Shown here: positions 1 through 8,109 of the stretch, in pieces | Numbering within the stretch: position 1 is the stretch's first letter | Layout of the letters: every line of letters begins with the position of its first letter | IMG/VR virus record: IMGVR_UViG_3300032224_000723 | Coordinates: 92,994-156,993 of that record | Strand: one strand, 5' to 3' | Length of the DNA stretch: 64,000 nucleotides | From: a virus | Made by a program: the position numbers and the translations under genes | The notes under the pieces: model-generated | What the model was told of the DNA's origin: nothing | The model's input: the letters and a program-made list of their open reading frames with translations, nothing else | The model's database searches: none

Positions 1-2
1 GC

Positions 3-146
3 CAATGCTACGACTCGGCCGCTGAGTACTACTACATCATGAAGGATGGTGTTTGGTATTGTGGTGACACTTATGGCTCTACCCCATTAAGCACACAATT
101 AACAGTTTTGGCTGAAGCACTGGCGTTAGATGAGGCTGTGGCATAA
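3..146 (+). CDS. 3' end of a hypothetical phage protein (truncated by window edge)
   Basis: Frame 3 is open from the window start (QCYDSAAEYYYIMKDGVWYC...DEAVA) to TAA at 144-146, just before the next promoter. Confidence 0.6.
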   Translation, partial: QCYDSAAEYYYIMKDGVWYCGDTYGSTPLSTQLTVLAEALALDEAVA

Positions 147-152
147 TAACTA

Positions 153-181
153 CAGACAATAAATCCAAGATTTTGTATAAT
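153..181 (+). promoter_or_regulatory. sigma70-type early promoter for the AAA ATPase
   Basis: CAGACA (153-158), 17 nt, TATAAT (176-181); SD AAAGGAG at 194-200 before ATG 207. Confidence 0.7.
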
Positions 182-206
182 ATAGTTTTTAACAAAGGAG
201 TTTGAG

Positions 207-1316
207 ATGGCTAAAGAGATGATGACAGAGCACCGTACGGTGACCAGTGAAACTGCTCGACGTGTAATCGTCAAGTGTTTTAAGAAACAACGACCTGCTT
301 TCCTGTGGGGTCCTCCAGGCATTGGTAAAAGTGAAGTTGTAGACAGTATTGCCAAGGACCTTGGCGGTGCTATGATTGATTTGCGTCTTGCACAGATGGA
401 ACCCACGGATTTACGTGGCATTCCATATTTTAATAAAGACTTGGGTTTAATGGATTGGGCGGCTCCCATTGACTTGCCCGATGAAGAATTTGCAAGCCAG
501 TATCCTATTGTGGTGCTGTTCTTAGATGAAATGAACTCAGCGGCTCCTAGTATTAAGGCAGCGGCTTATCAGCTGATTTTGAATCGCCGTATTGGCAAAT
601 ATAAACTGCCCGACAATGTGGTAGTTATTGCGGCTGGTAATCGTGAGTCAGACAAAGGTGTTACTTATCGTATGCCTGCTCCGTTGGCTAATCGTTTTGT
701 TCACTTGGAAATGCGAGTGGATCATGCTAGCTGGGAGACATGGGCTACTATTAATCGTATCCACACAGACGTGGTAGGTTACATTGGCTTTGCTAAACAA
801 GACTTGTATGACTTTGACCCACGTTCAAGCTCACGCTCGTTTGCTACACCACGTAGCTGGACCTTTGTCAGCGAACTGTTGGAAGACAACGATGTCAGCG
901 ACAGCGACTTGACTGACTTGATCTCAGGTGCAGTTGGTGAAGGTGTTGCAGTTAAGTTTATGGCACACCGCAAGGTTGCAGGTCAATTGCCTAAGCCAGA
1001 AGCAATTTTGGCAGGTACTGTTAAAGAGTTGAAGATTAAAGAAATCTCAGCTATGTACAGTTTGGTGATTGGTATGTGCTATGAGTTGAAGGATCAAACT
1101 GACAAGTTGGGTGGCAAGCCTAATGAAGCATGGCACGGCATGGCAGATAACTTCTTCAAGTTTATGATGGATAACTTTACTACTGAGTTGACTGTTATGG
1201 GTGCTCGTACTGCATTGACTACTTATAACTTGCCCTTTGTACCTGGCAAGTTGAAGAACTTCGACGAGTTCCATAAGCGTTTCGGCAAGTACATTGTTGC
1301 CGCGGCACAGAAGTAA
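207..1316 (+). CDS. MoxR-like AAA+ ATPase
   Basis: Walker A GPPGIGKS, Walker B LFLDEMN, sensor AAGN, arginine finger PLANRF, ATPRSW; strong SD. Confidence 0.9.
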   Translation: MAKEMMTEHRTVTSETARRVIVKCFKKQRPAFLWGPPGIGKSEVVDSIAKDLGGAMIDLRLAQMEPTDLRGIPYFNKDLGLMDWAAPIDLPDEEFASQYPIVVLFLDEMNSAAPSIKAAAYQLILNRRIGKYKLPDNVVVIAAGNRESDKGVTYRMPAPLANRFVHLEMRVDHASWETWATINRIHTDVVGYIGFAKQDLYDFDPRSSSRSFATPRSWTFVSELLEDNDVSDSDLTDLISGAVGEGVAVKFMAHRKVAGQLPKPEAILAGTVKELKIKEISAMYSLVIGMCYELKDQTDKLGGKPNEAWHGMADNFFKFMMDNFTTELTVMGARTALTTYNLPFVPGKLKNFDEFHKRFGKYIVAAAQK

Positions 1317-1323
1317 TTAGTTT

Positions 1324-1365
1324 AGGGGGCAGGGCTTTGTAACTCCTTTCAACCGTAAGTCCCCC
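1324..1365 (+). terminator. GC-clamped stem-loop after the ATPase (terminator or RNA element)
   Basis: GGGGGC (1325-1330) can pair with GTCCCC(C) (1359-1365); large loop containing AACTCCTTTC; short T-rich tail. Confidence 0.4.
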
Positions 1366-1374
1366 ATTTATATC

Positions 1375-1662
1375 ATGGCTTTAAAATTAGAACCTTTAGA
1401 CGGTCGCCACAGTGGCAAGATCTTTTTCAAATACCGTGTATGGGTATATGGTCCTGACAGAATTCGAGACTTTATTCAAATACGTAACTGGTGTTGGGAA
1501 GTGTGGGGACCGAGCTGTGAACGTGACGACCATATGCTGTCATACAACAACCCAGAAGTAGAAAATAATCTGCATTGGGCATGGCATACATATGAACGCT
1601 CACGTTATATCTATTTGGTCAATGACCAAGCACTGGCATTTTTCAAACTCAAATGGTTGTAA
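1375..1662 (+). CDS. hypothetical protein, FxLKW C-terminal family
   Basis: 95-aa ORF with WCWEVWG and ending ALAFFKLKWL. Confidence 0.75.
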   Translation: MALKLEPLDGRHSGKIFFKYRVWVYGPDRIRDFIQIRNWCWEVWGPSCERDDHMLSYNNPEVENNLHWAWHTYERSRYIYLVNDQALAFFKLKWL

Positions 1663-1676
1663 CAACAAAGTGTTAC

Positions 1677-1705
1677 TCGACAATAATTCATTCTTGTGCT
1701 ATAAT
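1677..1705 (+). promoter_or_regulatory. sigma70-type early promoter
   Basis: TCGACA (1677-1682), 17 nt, extended TGc-TATAAT (1700-1705); SD AAGGA before ATG 1729. Confidence 0.75.
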
Positions 1706-1728
1706 ATATACACTAACAAGGAACAAAG

Positions 1729-3033
1729 ATGACTACAACAAATTCAGCAGACAAGCGTAATCCCAAAGCAAATGGTGGTCGCTTAACAGAGAACACAGAT
1801 CCCACATTGGATCGAACTGTACGTGAAAAATTAATTACTGCCCGCATTGGCTTGCTATTGCGGGCTCCTTTCTTTGGTAACCTTGCTACTCGCTTAGAGT
1901 TGGTTAATGCGGACAGTTGGTTACCCACTGCGGCTACAGATGGTCGTAAGTTTTACTATAACACAGAGTTTGTCAATAAACTCAAACCCAAAGAAGTTGA
2001 ATTCTTGTTTGGGCACGAAGTCCTGCACAATGTCTATGACCACATTGGACGCACCGGCGACTTCCGTGACCGTAGACTGTTTAATTGTGCCGCTGACTTT
2101 TGTGTCAACGCAGACTTGATTGAACACAAAATTGGTGACAAGATTACTCCATGTTTGTATGATGCAAAGTACAAAGGTTGGAGTGCTGAAGAAGTTTACG
2201 ATGATCTGTACGAAAAAGCAGACAAGATTGACATCAGTGACTTACTGGACCAAATGCTGGACGAGCACATGGATGGTGATGGCGACAGTGACGGTGATGG
2301 CGACGGCGATGAAAAAGACGGCAAGGGTAAAGGTCGCGGTCCCAAGTTGACTGAAGAAGAAAAGCGTCAGATCCGAGACGAGATTCGCGAAGCATTGTTG
2401 CAGGCAGCACAGGCCACTGGCGCAGGTAACTTGCCCATGGGTGTTAAACGTCTTATCAAAGACTTGACCAAGCCTGTTGTTAACTGGCGTGAACTGTTGG
2501 AACAACAAATCCAAAGCACTGTTAAAGATGACTTTAGCTGGATGCGTCCTAATCGTCGTAGCTGGCACTTGGATGCTGTGATGCCTGGCATGAAGCCCGG
2601 TACACAGATCGACGTATGCGTAGCAATTGACACTTCAGGTTCTATCAGTGAACAAGACTTAAAAGACTTTCTAAGTGAAGTTAAAGGCATCATGGAGAGC
2701 TATGATGAGTATCGTGTACGTGTAATTACATGGGACACTGAAGTTTACAATCCCGAAGAGTTTACCAGTGACAACATGGCAGACATTGCTGAGTATGTGC
2801 CTGGTGGCGGTGGTGGTACTGACCCGCATTGTGTGTGGGAATGGTTGAAGGAAAACGACATCGAGCCTAAGAAGCTGATTATGTTTACTGACTACTGTTT
2901 CTTTGGTTGGGATCCTAAGTCCGTTGAAGACTACTGCGACACTGTTTGGGTTATCAAAGGCAATCCAGATGTTGAACCTGAGTTTGGTGTTTGGGCTCAC
3001 TACGAACAAGCCAAAAAAGAAGCCAAAGCGTAA
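1729..3033 (+). CDS. metallopeptidase + vWA-like protein (DUF2201-type), partner of the MoxR ATPase
   Basis: TAATDG and HEVLH (HExxH) in the N-terminal half, an acidic DGDGD linker, and a C-terminal MIDAS-like DTSGS...GGGT...FTD. Confidence 0.88.
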   Translation: MTTTNSADKRNPKANGGRLTENTDPTLDRTVREKLITARIGLLLRAPFFGNLATRLELVNADSWLPTAATDGRKFYYNTEFVNKLKPKEVEFLFGHEVLHNVYDHIGRTGDFRDRRLFNCAADFCVNADLIEHKIGDKITPCLYDAKYKGWSAEEVYDDLYEKADKIDISDLLDQMLDEHMDGDGDSDGDGDGDEKDGKGKGRGPKLTEEEKRQIRDEIREALLQAAQATGAGNLPMGVKRLIKDLTKPVVNWRELLEQQIQSTVKDDFSWMRPNRRSWHLDAVMPGMKPGTQIDVCVAIDTSGSISEQDLKDFLSEVKGIMESYDEYRVRVITWDTEVYNPEEFTSDNMADIAEYVPGGGGGTDPHCVWEWLKENDIEPKKLIMFTDYCFFGWDPKSVEDYCDTVWVIKGNPDVEPEFGVWAHYEQAKKEAKA

Positions 3034-3035
3034 GT

Positions 3036-3290
3036 GTGCAAAATAACTTAGAAGACGAGTTGATCCGCCGGCATAGTCAAGAGTTTGCGGATCAACTTGA
3101 CTTTGAAGTAATGCATGAGCTATTTGAATGGACTCGGCTAGAAAGATCACCATGGGTGACAGAGCAAGAATTCCTGGATTTTAAAAAATGGTTAAAGGAG
3201 TCATGCATGGGAAAATATGCGGGTAAGCAGGGTGTTTGGTTCTTTGAGCTAGAAGAAGATGCCACAGCATTTGCTCTTAAATGGTGTTAA
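3036..3290 (+). CDS. hypothetical protein, FxLKW C-terminal family
   Basis: ORF 2991-3290; likely start is GTG 3036, just after the upstream stop; ends WFFELEEDATAFALKWC. Confidence 0.7.
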   Translation: MQNNLEDELIRRHSQEFADQLDFEVMHELFEWTRLERSPWVTEQEFLDFKKWLKESCMGKYAGKQGVWFFELEEDATAFALKWC

Positions 3291-3299
3291 CTGTATAAT
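3271..3299 (+). promoter_or_regulatory. sigma70-type promoter, probably leaderless transcript
   Basis: TTGCTC (3271-3276), 17 nt, TATAAT (3294-3299), then 5 nt to ATG 3305; no SD. Confidence 0.65.
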
Positions 3300-3304
3300 G
3301 TACT

Positions 3305-3595
3305 ATGAGTAACGAACAAGCAAAATTTATCAATTCAAGACGTCGTCACAAAAATGACGTAGCAGTGGCAAGGCAAATGAAGATTGCCAAGGCCGCTGGC
3401 ATGACAGTTAAAGAGCCGCACAAGCTGGTTAAACATCATGCCATGGACTGTGGTAATCCTCATTGTTTTTTATGCGGTAATCCACGTAAAACACATAAAG
3501 ATAAACTGACACAGCAAGAAAAACGCCTGTTCCAAGATATAGAGCAAGTGCGTGACAAACATAGCAATGGACTAACACCTAATGATCAATCTTAA
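3305..3595 (+). CDS. hypothetical basic protein with a Cys/His cluster
   Basis: HHAMDCGNPHCFLCGNPR is a possible Zn site. Confidence 0.75.
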   Translation: MSNEQAKFINSRRRHKNDVAVARQMKIAKAAGMTVKEPHKLVKHHAMDCGNPHCFLCGNPRKTHKDKLTQQEKRLFQDIEQVRDKHSNGLTPNDQS

Positions 3596-3872
3596 CTTTA
3601 CTATCTCTAATCCATGGAGCAGTCGATGGGATATTCTTTGGAACAAAAGTAAATTCATTGGCAAGAATTACTACAGAAATAAGGCCGTGGAATTCAATGG
3701 CTATCGTACCAATCACATCATCAACGTAGATTTTAATTTCAAGCCTGTGGGTGATCATGGGGGTGCTAGGATCATGCTTGGTGTATTTGGGTTTGATGTT
3801 GAACTACACTTCTACGATACCCGCCACTGGGACTATGACACCAACACTTGGGAGACATATAATGGACACTGA
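3582..3872 (+). CDS. hypothetical protein
   Basis: 96-aa ORF overlapping its neighbours in operon fashion. Confidence 0.65.
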   Translation: MINLNFTISNPWSSRWDILWNKSKFIGKNYYRNKAVEFNGYRTNHIINVDFNFKPVGDHGGARIMLGVFGFDVELHFYDTRHWDYDTNTWETYNGH

Positions 3873-4020
3873 TATGAAATGGTATGCGATTGTTATGATT
3901 TTTATTATTGGTTTACCTATGGCTGGCCTAGCTCTCAAAGAGTACCAACTGAGCCAATGCCGTATTGAAGCTATCAAGGTAGGTATGGACACAGACAAGA
4001 TTTTGCAAGTGTGCAAATAA
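3862..4020 (+). CDS. small membrane protein
   Basis: GGAG at 3851-3854 before ATG 3862; hydrophobic stretch WYAIVMIFIIGLPMAGLAL. Confidence 0.65.
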   Translation: MDTDMKWYAIVMIFIIGLPMAGLALKEYQLSQCRIEAIKVGMDTDKILQVCK

Positions 4021-4484
4021 TGGATAATAGTGCTAAAGGCCGTGACAGTTTTGATGCTACCACTGGTAATACATTGGTGCATTTTTTCAATCGTAATGTT
4101 ACGCCTTATGCCACTAGTACACTGGGACCTAAGTTTGATCTAGTGCCTGTTGAAAGCCAAAAAGACCTTATGGTCAATGCGGCACGTATGCATGCCCAAC
4201 AAGAATACGATCGTATCATGCAGTTGGTCACAGTGTTGCAACAACAAGCAGATGACATACGTAGGCGTTTGGATATCACAGACATGGTACGTGCTGCCAA
4301 ATACGAGTTTCAAACCTATCATGGACAAATCTACTGGTTAGTACAGGACAACCGACACAACTGTACACGCCTAGTTCATACTGGTCCCACAGACTGGAAC
4401 ACTGGAGTTCCTGAAGGATATCAATATATTTGCCAAGTACAATGGCTAGGTGATTATACTTGGCAGGAAGTTAAAAATGACTAA
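4020..4484 (+). CDS. DUF2452-like protein
   Basis: Coiled coil followed by AKYEFQTYHGQIYWL...GPTDW...LGDYTW, recognised by eye; TAATG coupling at 4018-4022. Confidence 0.7.
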   Translation: MDNSAKGRDSFDATTGNTLVHFFNRNVTPYATSTLGPKFDLVPVESQKDLMVNAARMHAQQEYDRIMQLVTVLQQQADDIRRRLDITDMVRAAKYEFQTYHGQIYWLVQDNRHNCTRLVHTGPTDWNTGVPEGYQYICQVQWLGDYTWQEVKND

Positions 4485-4941
4485 GAAAATCTTTTACGAA
4501 AAAGTTGGACGTAGGTATAAACCTGTGTTAGAAAACGACAACGAATTCTACGATGCATTGCCCCACGGTAATCATTTAATCATGTGTTATCCAGGCGGTC
4601 GTACCACACGCTACAACGTTGATCCTGCACTGGCACCTATGATTGCCGCAAGCCGTGTAGCTGAAGATCGCATGAGCGAAGCAGTTCGCCGAGCCAGTGA
4701 ACTAAGGCCTCGCAACAAGCCTGTCACAGAAAACCAAAAAAAGGCATGGACTAATCTAAGCAAAGCCTTTGGTGATGAAATATACACTATGGAAATTGCC
4801 AGTGCCAGAGAGGTTGCAGAAGCTGGTATTAAAGCCATGCAAGAAGAAGCAGAAAAATTAATGACTCACGCAAGTGTGCGGGCCGCATACGAACAGTTTC
4901 TTTTTGTCTGTAAACTCTGCGCCGAAGAGAACAACGAGTAA
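4477..4941 (+). CDS. hypothetical protein
   Basis: ATG 4477 (MTKKIFYEKVGRRY) overlaps the previous stop region; AGGAAG upstream. Confidence 0.75.
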   Translation: MTKKIFYEKVGRRYKPVLENDNEFYDALPHGNHLIMCYPGGRTTRYNVDPALAPMIAASRVAEDRMSEAVRRASELRPRNKPVTENQKKAWTNLSKAFGDEIYTMEIASAREVAEAGIKAMQEEAEKLMTHASVRAAYEQFLFVCKLCAEENNE

Positions 4942-4948
4942 ATACGGT

Positions 4949-5170
4949 ATGACTACAAAATTCGAACAGTTGCTAGCAATATTTTTAGGTACCATAGTAG
5001 TATGGACATCGATACTATTTCTTTTGAGATATGAAAACGACGAAGAAGATGCAGACTATGAGTTAACTATCACCTACGACTGTAGAGCTGTTTTAAGTGA
5101 AAACAAAGACGAGGCTAACAAGTATCCTAAAGATATTAAAAATGAATGCCGTGAGTTAATGCACAATTAA
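4949..5170 (+). CDS. small membrane-anchored hypothetical protein
   Basis: N-terminal TM LLAIFLGTIVVWTSILFLL; GTAAATA late-type motif at 4938-4944. Confidence 0.65.
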   Translation: MTTKFEQLLAIFLGTIVVWTSILFLLRYENDEEDADYELTITYDCRAVLSENKDEANKYPKDIKNECRELMHN

Positions 5171-5171
5171 T

Positions 5172-5462
5172 ATGTTAAAAAACGGCGAAGTCAATCCTTT
5201 AAATGTATTTGGTCTACGTAGACTAGAACACTGCCCTCCCCACTTTGCAAGAATCTGCTTTGATCTGCGAGTAGGAGAAAAAGCTATCTCGGACTGGGTT
5301 TGGGAAAACCTCGAAGGTAGATTTTGGATGGGTGATCAGTACTACAAAACAGGATCAAACACAGTTATGCAGAAGTGTGTGGCATTCGAAGTTCCCAGCG
5401 AATCTAGCTACTTTGCACTATTCCTAGATCAAATCAATAAGTCAAGCTACGACGAATTCTAA
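5172..5462 (+). CDS. hypothetical protein, related to the FxLKW family
   Basis: DWVWENLEGRFW...VAFEVPSESSYFALF. Confidence 0.75.
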   Translation: MLKNGEVNPLNVFGLRRLEHCPPHFARICFDLRVGEKAISDWVWENLEGRFWMGDQYYKTGSNTVMQKCVAFEVPSESSYFALFLDQINKSSYDEF

Positions 5463-5521
5463 AAATTTTTCTTCGATCTTATACAAGGTTAAATATTTGT
5501 ATATTATTATCGGAGCTAAAA

Positions 5522-5755
5522 ATGACAGAAGAAACTACTGGTGAACAGGTACAACCTAATCTAGGGTTGAATGACTTAATCGTAGTATTACAAACACTGC
5601 AACTCGCAAGTAGCCGAGGTGCATTTAAGCCGGAAGAATTTACTACCATTGGCGGATGTTATGAAAGAATTTTTGCTTTCTTATCTGCCAGCGGAGCAAT
5701 TAATCCGCCTGAACAAACGCCAGAGCAACCTGCCGCTGATTCAGTTCAACAATAA
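5522..5755 (+). CDS. hypothetical acidic protein
   Basis: GGAG SD; TTAAATA at 5489-5495; SRGAFKPEE motif. Confidence 0.75.
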   Translation: MTEETTGEQVQPNLGLNDLIVVLQTLQLASSRGAFKPEEFTTIGGCYERIFAFLSASGAINPPEQTPEQPAADSVQQ

Positions 5756-5766
5756 GGAAAATCAAA

Positions 5767-6438
5767 ATGATTAAACACGTAGGCAAACACAGTAACAAGA
5801 AATGTATCATTCTTTGGAGGAAAGTTCCAAATGAAGATCATATGGCCCTGGTTGTATATCCAGACTTAATGGCACGTCACATTCATGACGATATTATGAA
5901 ATATTTAGAATCTGATTCAGGACAACAATCCGACCAATTCAGTGACTACTTGTTCAGAGTCAATTTAAGTGATGGTGAAAATGCACTGACAAAACTTCAT
6001 AAAGAAGGTATGATTAAAAAAGTACCGACAAATCAAGTTGTTGTTACTCCTAATAATAAGAGCACAGTCAGACTAGATGAACTTAATGGTATTCTAGACA
6101 AAATGGCCATGGGTGAGGAAGCTGTTAAAGAAATGGCCGAACTTGACTCTAAATCCGGACTACAAACTAAACGTAGTAATGTTAAAGAAGTAGGTGTGCC
6201 TAGAAATAGTCGCAGTGCGCCAGCTGAAGTTGTTAATGAAAATATAAGTATTAATGATGTGTTGTCAGATGAACAGTTAGCCACTCAACGTCTAGCACAA
6301 GCACAGAAGATGCAAGCAGATGCTCGAGCACTATTAGCAGAAGCAGACCGCTTACAAAAAGAAGCAATGACATTAACCGGCTCAGACAAAGATGGCACAA
6401 CAAAAACCAAAAAAACCCGCCAAGCCAAAGCGGCTTAA
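5767..6438 (+). CDS. hypothetical protein with C-terminal coiled coil
   Basis: AAGGA SD; 223-aa ORF. Confidence 0.8.
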   Translation: MIKHVGKHSNKKCIILWRKVPNEDHMALVVYPDLMARHIHDDIMKYLESDSGQQSDQFSDYLFRVNLSDGENALTKLHKEGMIKKVPTNQVVVTPNNKSTVRLDELNGILDKMAMGEEAVKEMAELDSKSGLQTKRSNVKEVGVPRNSRSAPAEVVNENISINDVLSDEQLATQRLAQAQKMQADARALLAEADRLQKEAMTLTGSDKDGTTKTKKTRQAKAA

Positions 6439-6730
6439 TCTTAACACAAAAACAGCTTGGCGAAATATTCTTAAAGACGTAGATAAACAAGAAGTACCAA
6501 TACACGTTTTAGAAAAACTAATGGTATATCTCAAGGACGGCACACAGGTTACAGTTGACATTAAACGACTATTGGCCGAAGGTGCTGATCCTGACGAGAT
6601 TGAATTGCATGTTGATCGTCGATTACAAGAATTAGATGCATATATAGACAATGTAGACTTTTTCGTAGATGTTGATCTAGTGCAACAAACAGTCCAACCT
6701 GAGACAGACAAGATACTATCAAAATTATGA
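6392..6730 (+). CDS. hypothetical protein
   Basis: 112-aa ORF, ATGA-coupled to DHFR. Confidence 0.75.
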   Translation: MAQQKPKKPAKPKRLNLNTKTAWRNILKDVDKQEVPIHVLEKLMVYLKDGTQVTVDIKRLLAEGADPDEIELHVDRRLQELDAYIDNVDFFVDVDLVQQTVQPETDKILSKL

Positions 6731-7233
6731 TCAAGGCAATATTTGCCGTAGACTACTGGGGAGGCATGGGGTTAAATGGTTCTTTACCGTGGCCCCATCA
6801 CTCAGAGGATCTACAATACTTTAAAGAACAAACTGATGGGCAGGTAGTTGTAATGGGTCGCAGGACCTGGGACGATCCTAAGATGCCTAAGCCCTTACCC
6901 AATCGAATTACATACGTTGCTACCAATAGACCATTATTCGGTTACAGCGGAGTAAAAACTATTCGTGGCGATTTAGAACAACAGGTTCTAAAAATCAAAG
7001 CCGCACATCCCGACAAAATTGTATGGGTTATTGGTGGACCTGAAATTCTGCTAGCAACTAAAGGAGTAGTCGACGAAGCACATATTACACATTTCAAAAG
7101 CCAATATAAAACCGATATTCAAATTGACTTAAGAAAATACTTGAGCTTGTTCCAAGCAACTGGTGCAGCACCTAGTTTGGATCGTAAGTGCAATTGGACC
7201 ACTTACAAAAACATTGACATTTTCCGCGCTTAG
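6727..7233 (+). CDS. frd: dihydrofolate reductase
   Basis: GMGLNGSLPW, DLQYFK, VVMGRRTW, PLPNR, VIGG. Confidence 0.93.
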   Translation: MIKAIFAVDYWGGMGLNGSLPWPHHSEDLQYFKEQTDGQVVVMGRRTWDDPKMPKPLPNRITYVATNRPLFGYSGVKTIRGDLEQQVLKIKAAHPDKIVWVIGGPEILLATKGVVDEAHITHFKSQYKTDIQIDLRKYLSLFQATGAAPSLDRKCNWTTYKNIDIFRA

Positions 7234-7242
7234 TAGTAAACT
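7214..7242 (+). promoter_or_regulatory. sigma70-type promoter, leaderless thymidylate synthase mRNA
   Basis: TTGACA (7214-7219), 17 nt, TAAACT (7237-7242), 6 nt, ATG 7249; no SD. Confidence 0.65.
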
Positions 7243-7248
7243 AACACT

Positions 7249-8109
7249 ATGAAAACATATTTAGACGCAATGCAAGAAGTGCTGGCCAAAGGCACGGTTA
7301 CTGAAGACAGAACTGGTGTTGGTACTATTAGTTATTTTGGTATGCAACAACGCTATGACCTTAGTAAGGGATTTCCTGCGGTAACAACAAAGAAACTAGC
7401 ATGGAAAAGTGTTGTGTCAGAATTACTATGGTTTATTGAGGGATCCGGCGACGAACGTAGACTACGTGAAATATTACATGGTAGCAGAGACTCTGAAAAA
7501 ACCACTATCTGGACCGCTAATGCTGAAGCAGACTACTGGAAACCTAAAGCTAAGTTTCCAGGAGACTTGGGTCGTGTTTACGGAGTACAGTGGAGACACT
7601 GGCGCCCAGGTAACGAGGAAGTTGATCAATTATTAGACCTAATCAACGGAATCAAAGCAGATCCACACGGACGACGACATATATTAACAGCGTGGAACCC
7701 AGGAGAGTTAAAATCTATGACCCTGCCACCGTGTCATTGCTTTGCCCAGTTTTATGTGCAACACAGATCAGGTGCAGAACGCGATGCACTGAGTTGCCAA
7801 ATGTATCAACGTAGTTGCGACATGTTTCTTGGAGTCCCATTCAACATTGCAAGCTACAGTCTATTAACCCACATGATTGCACAAGTCTGTGACTTAGACG
7901 TAGGCGAGTTCGTTCACGTTCTTGGCGACGCCCATATATACTTGAATCATGTAGAGCAGGTAAATGAACAATTAAGACGTGAACCCTTGCCTGCTCCGCA
8001 ACTATGGCTGAATCCTGACATTAAGGATATTACTAAGTTTACTATGTCCGATATTCGACTAGAGAATTATGTTAGTCACAATGCTATTCGAGCAGAGATG
8101 GCAGTATGA
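7249..8109 (+). CDS. thyA: thymidylate synthase (ThyA type)
   Basis: DRTGVGT, ELLWF, LPPCH, YQRSCD, PFNIASY, DAHIY. Confidence 0.97.
   Translation: MKTYLDAMQEVLAKGTVTEDRTGVGTISYFGMQQRYDLSKGFPAVTTKKLAWKSVVSELLWFIEGSGDERRLREILHGSRDSEKTTIWTANAEADYWKPKAKFPGDLGRVYGVQWRHWRPGNEEVDQLLDLINGIKADPHGRRHILTAWNPGELKSMTLPPCHCFAQFYVQHRSGAERDALSCQMYQRSCDMFLGVPFNIASYSLLTHMIAQVCDLDVGEFVHVLGDAHIYLNHVEQVNEQLRREPLPAPQLWLNPDIKDITKFTMSDIRLENYVSHNAIRAEMAV

Noticed and set aside
2270-2320. GAY-GGY-rich repeat-like DNA
   Set aside because: It only encodes the DGDGD acidic linker usual in this protein family.
7249-8109. ThyA homolog as a pyrimidine hydroxymethylase for DNA modification
   Set aside because: Canonical ThyA motifs, including the dUMP-specifying Asn, and an adjacent DHFR.
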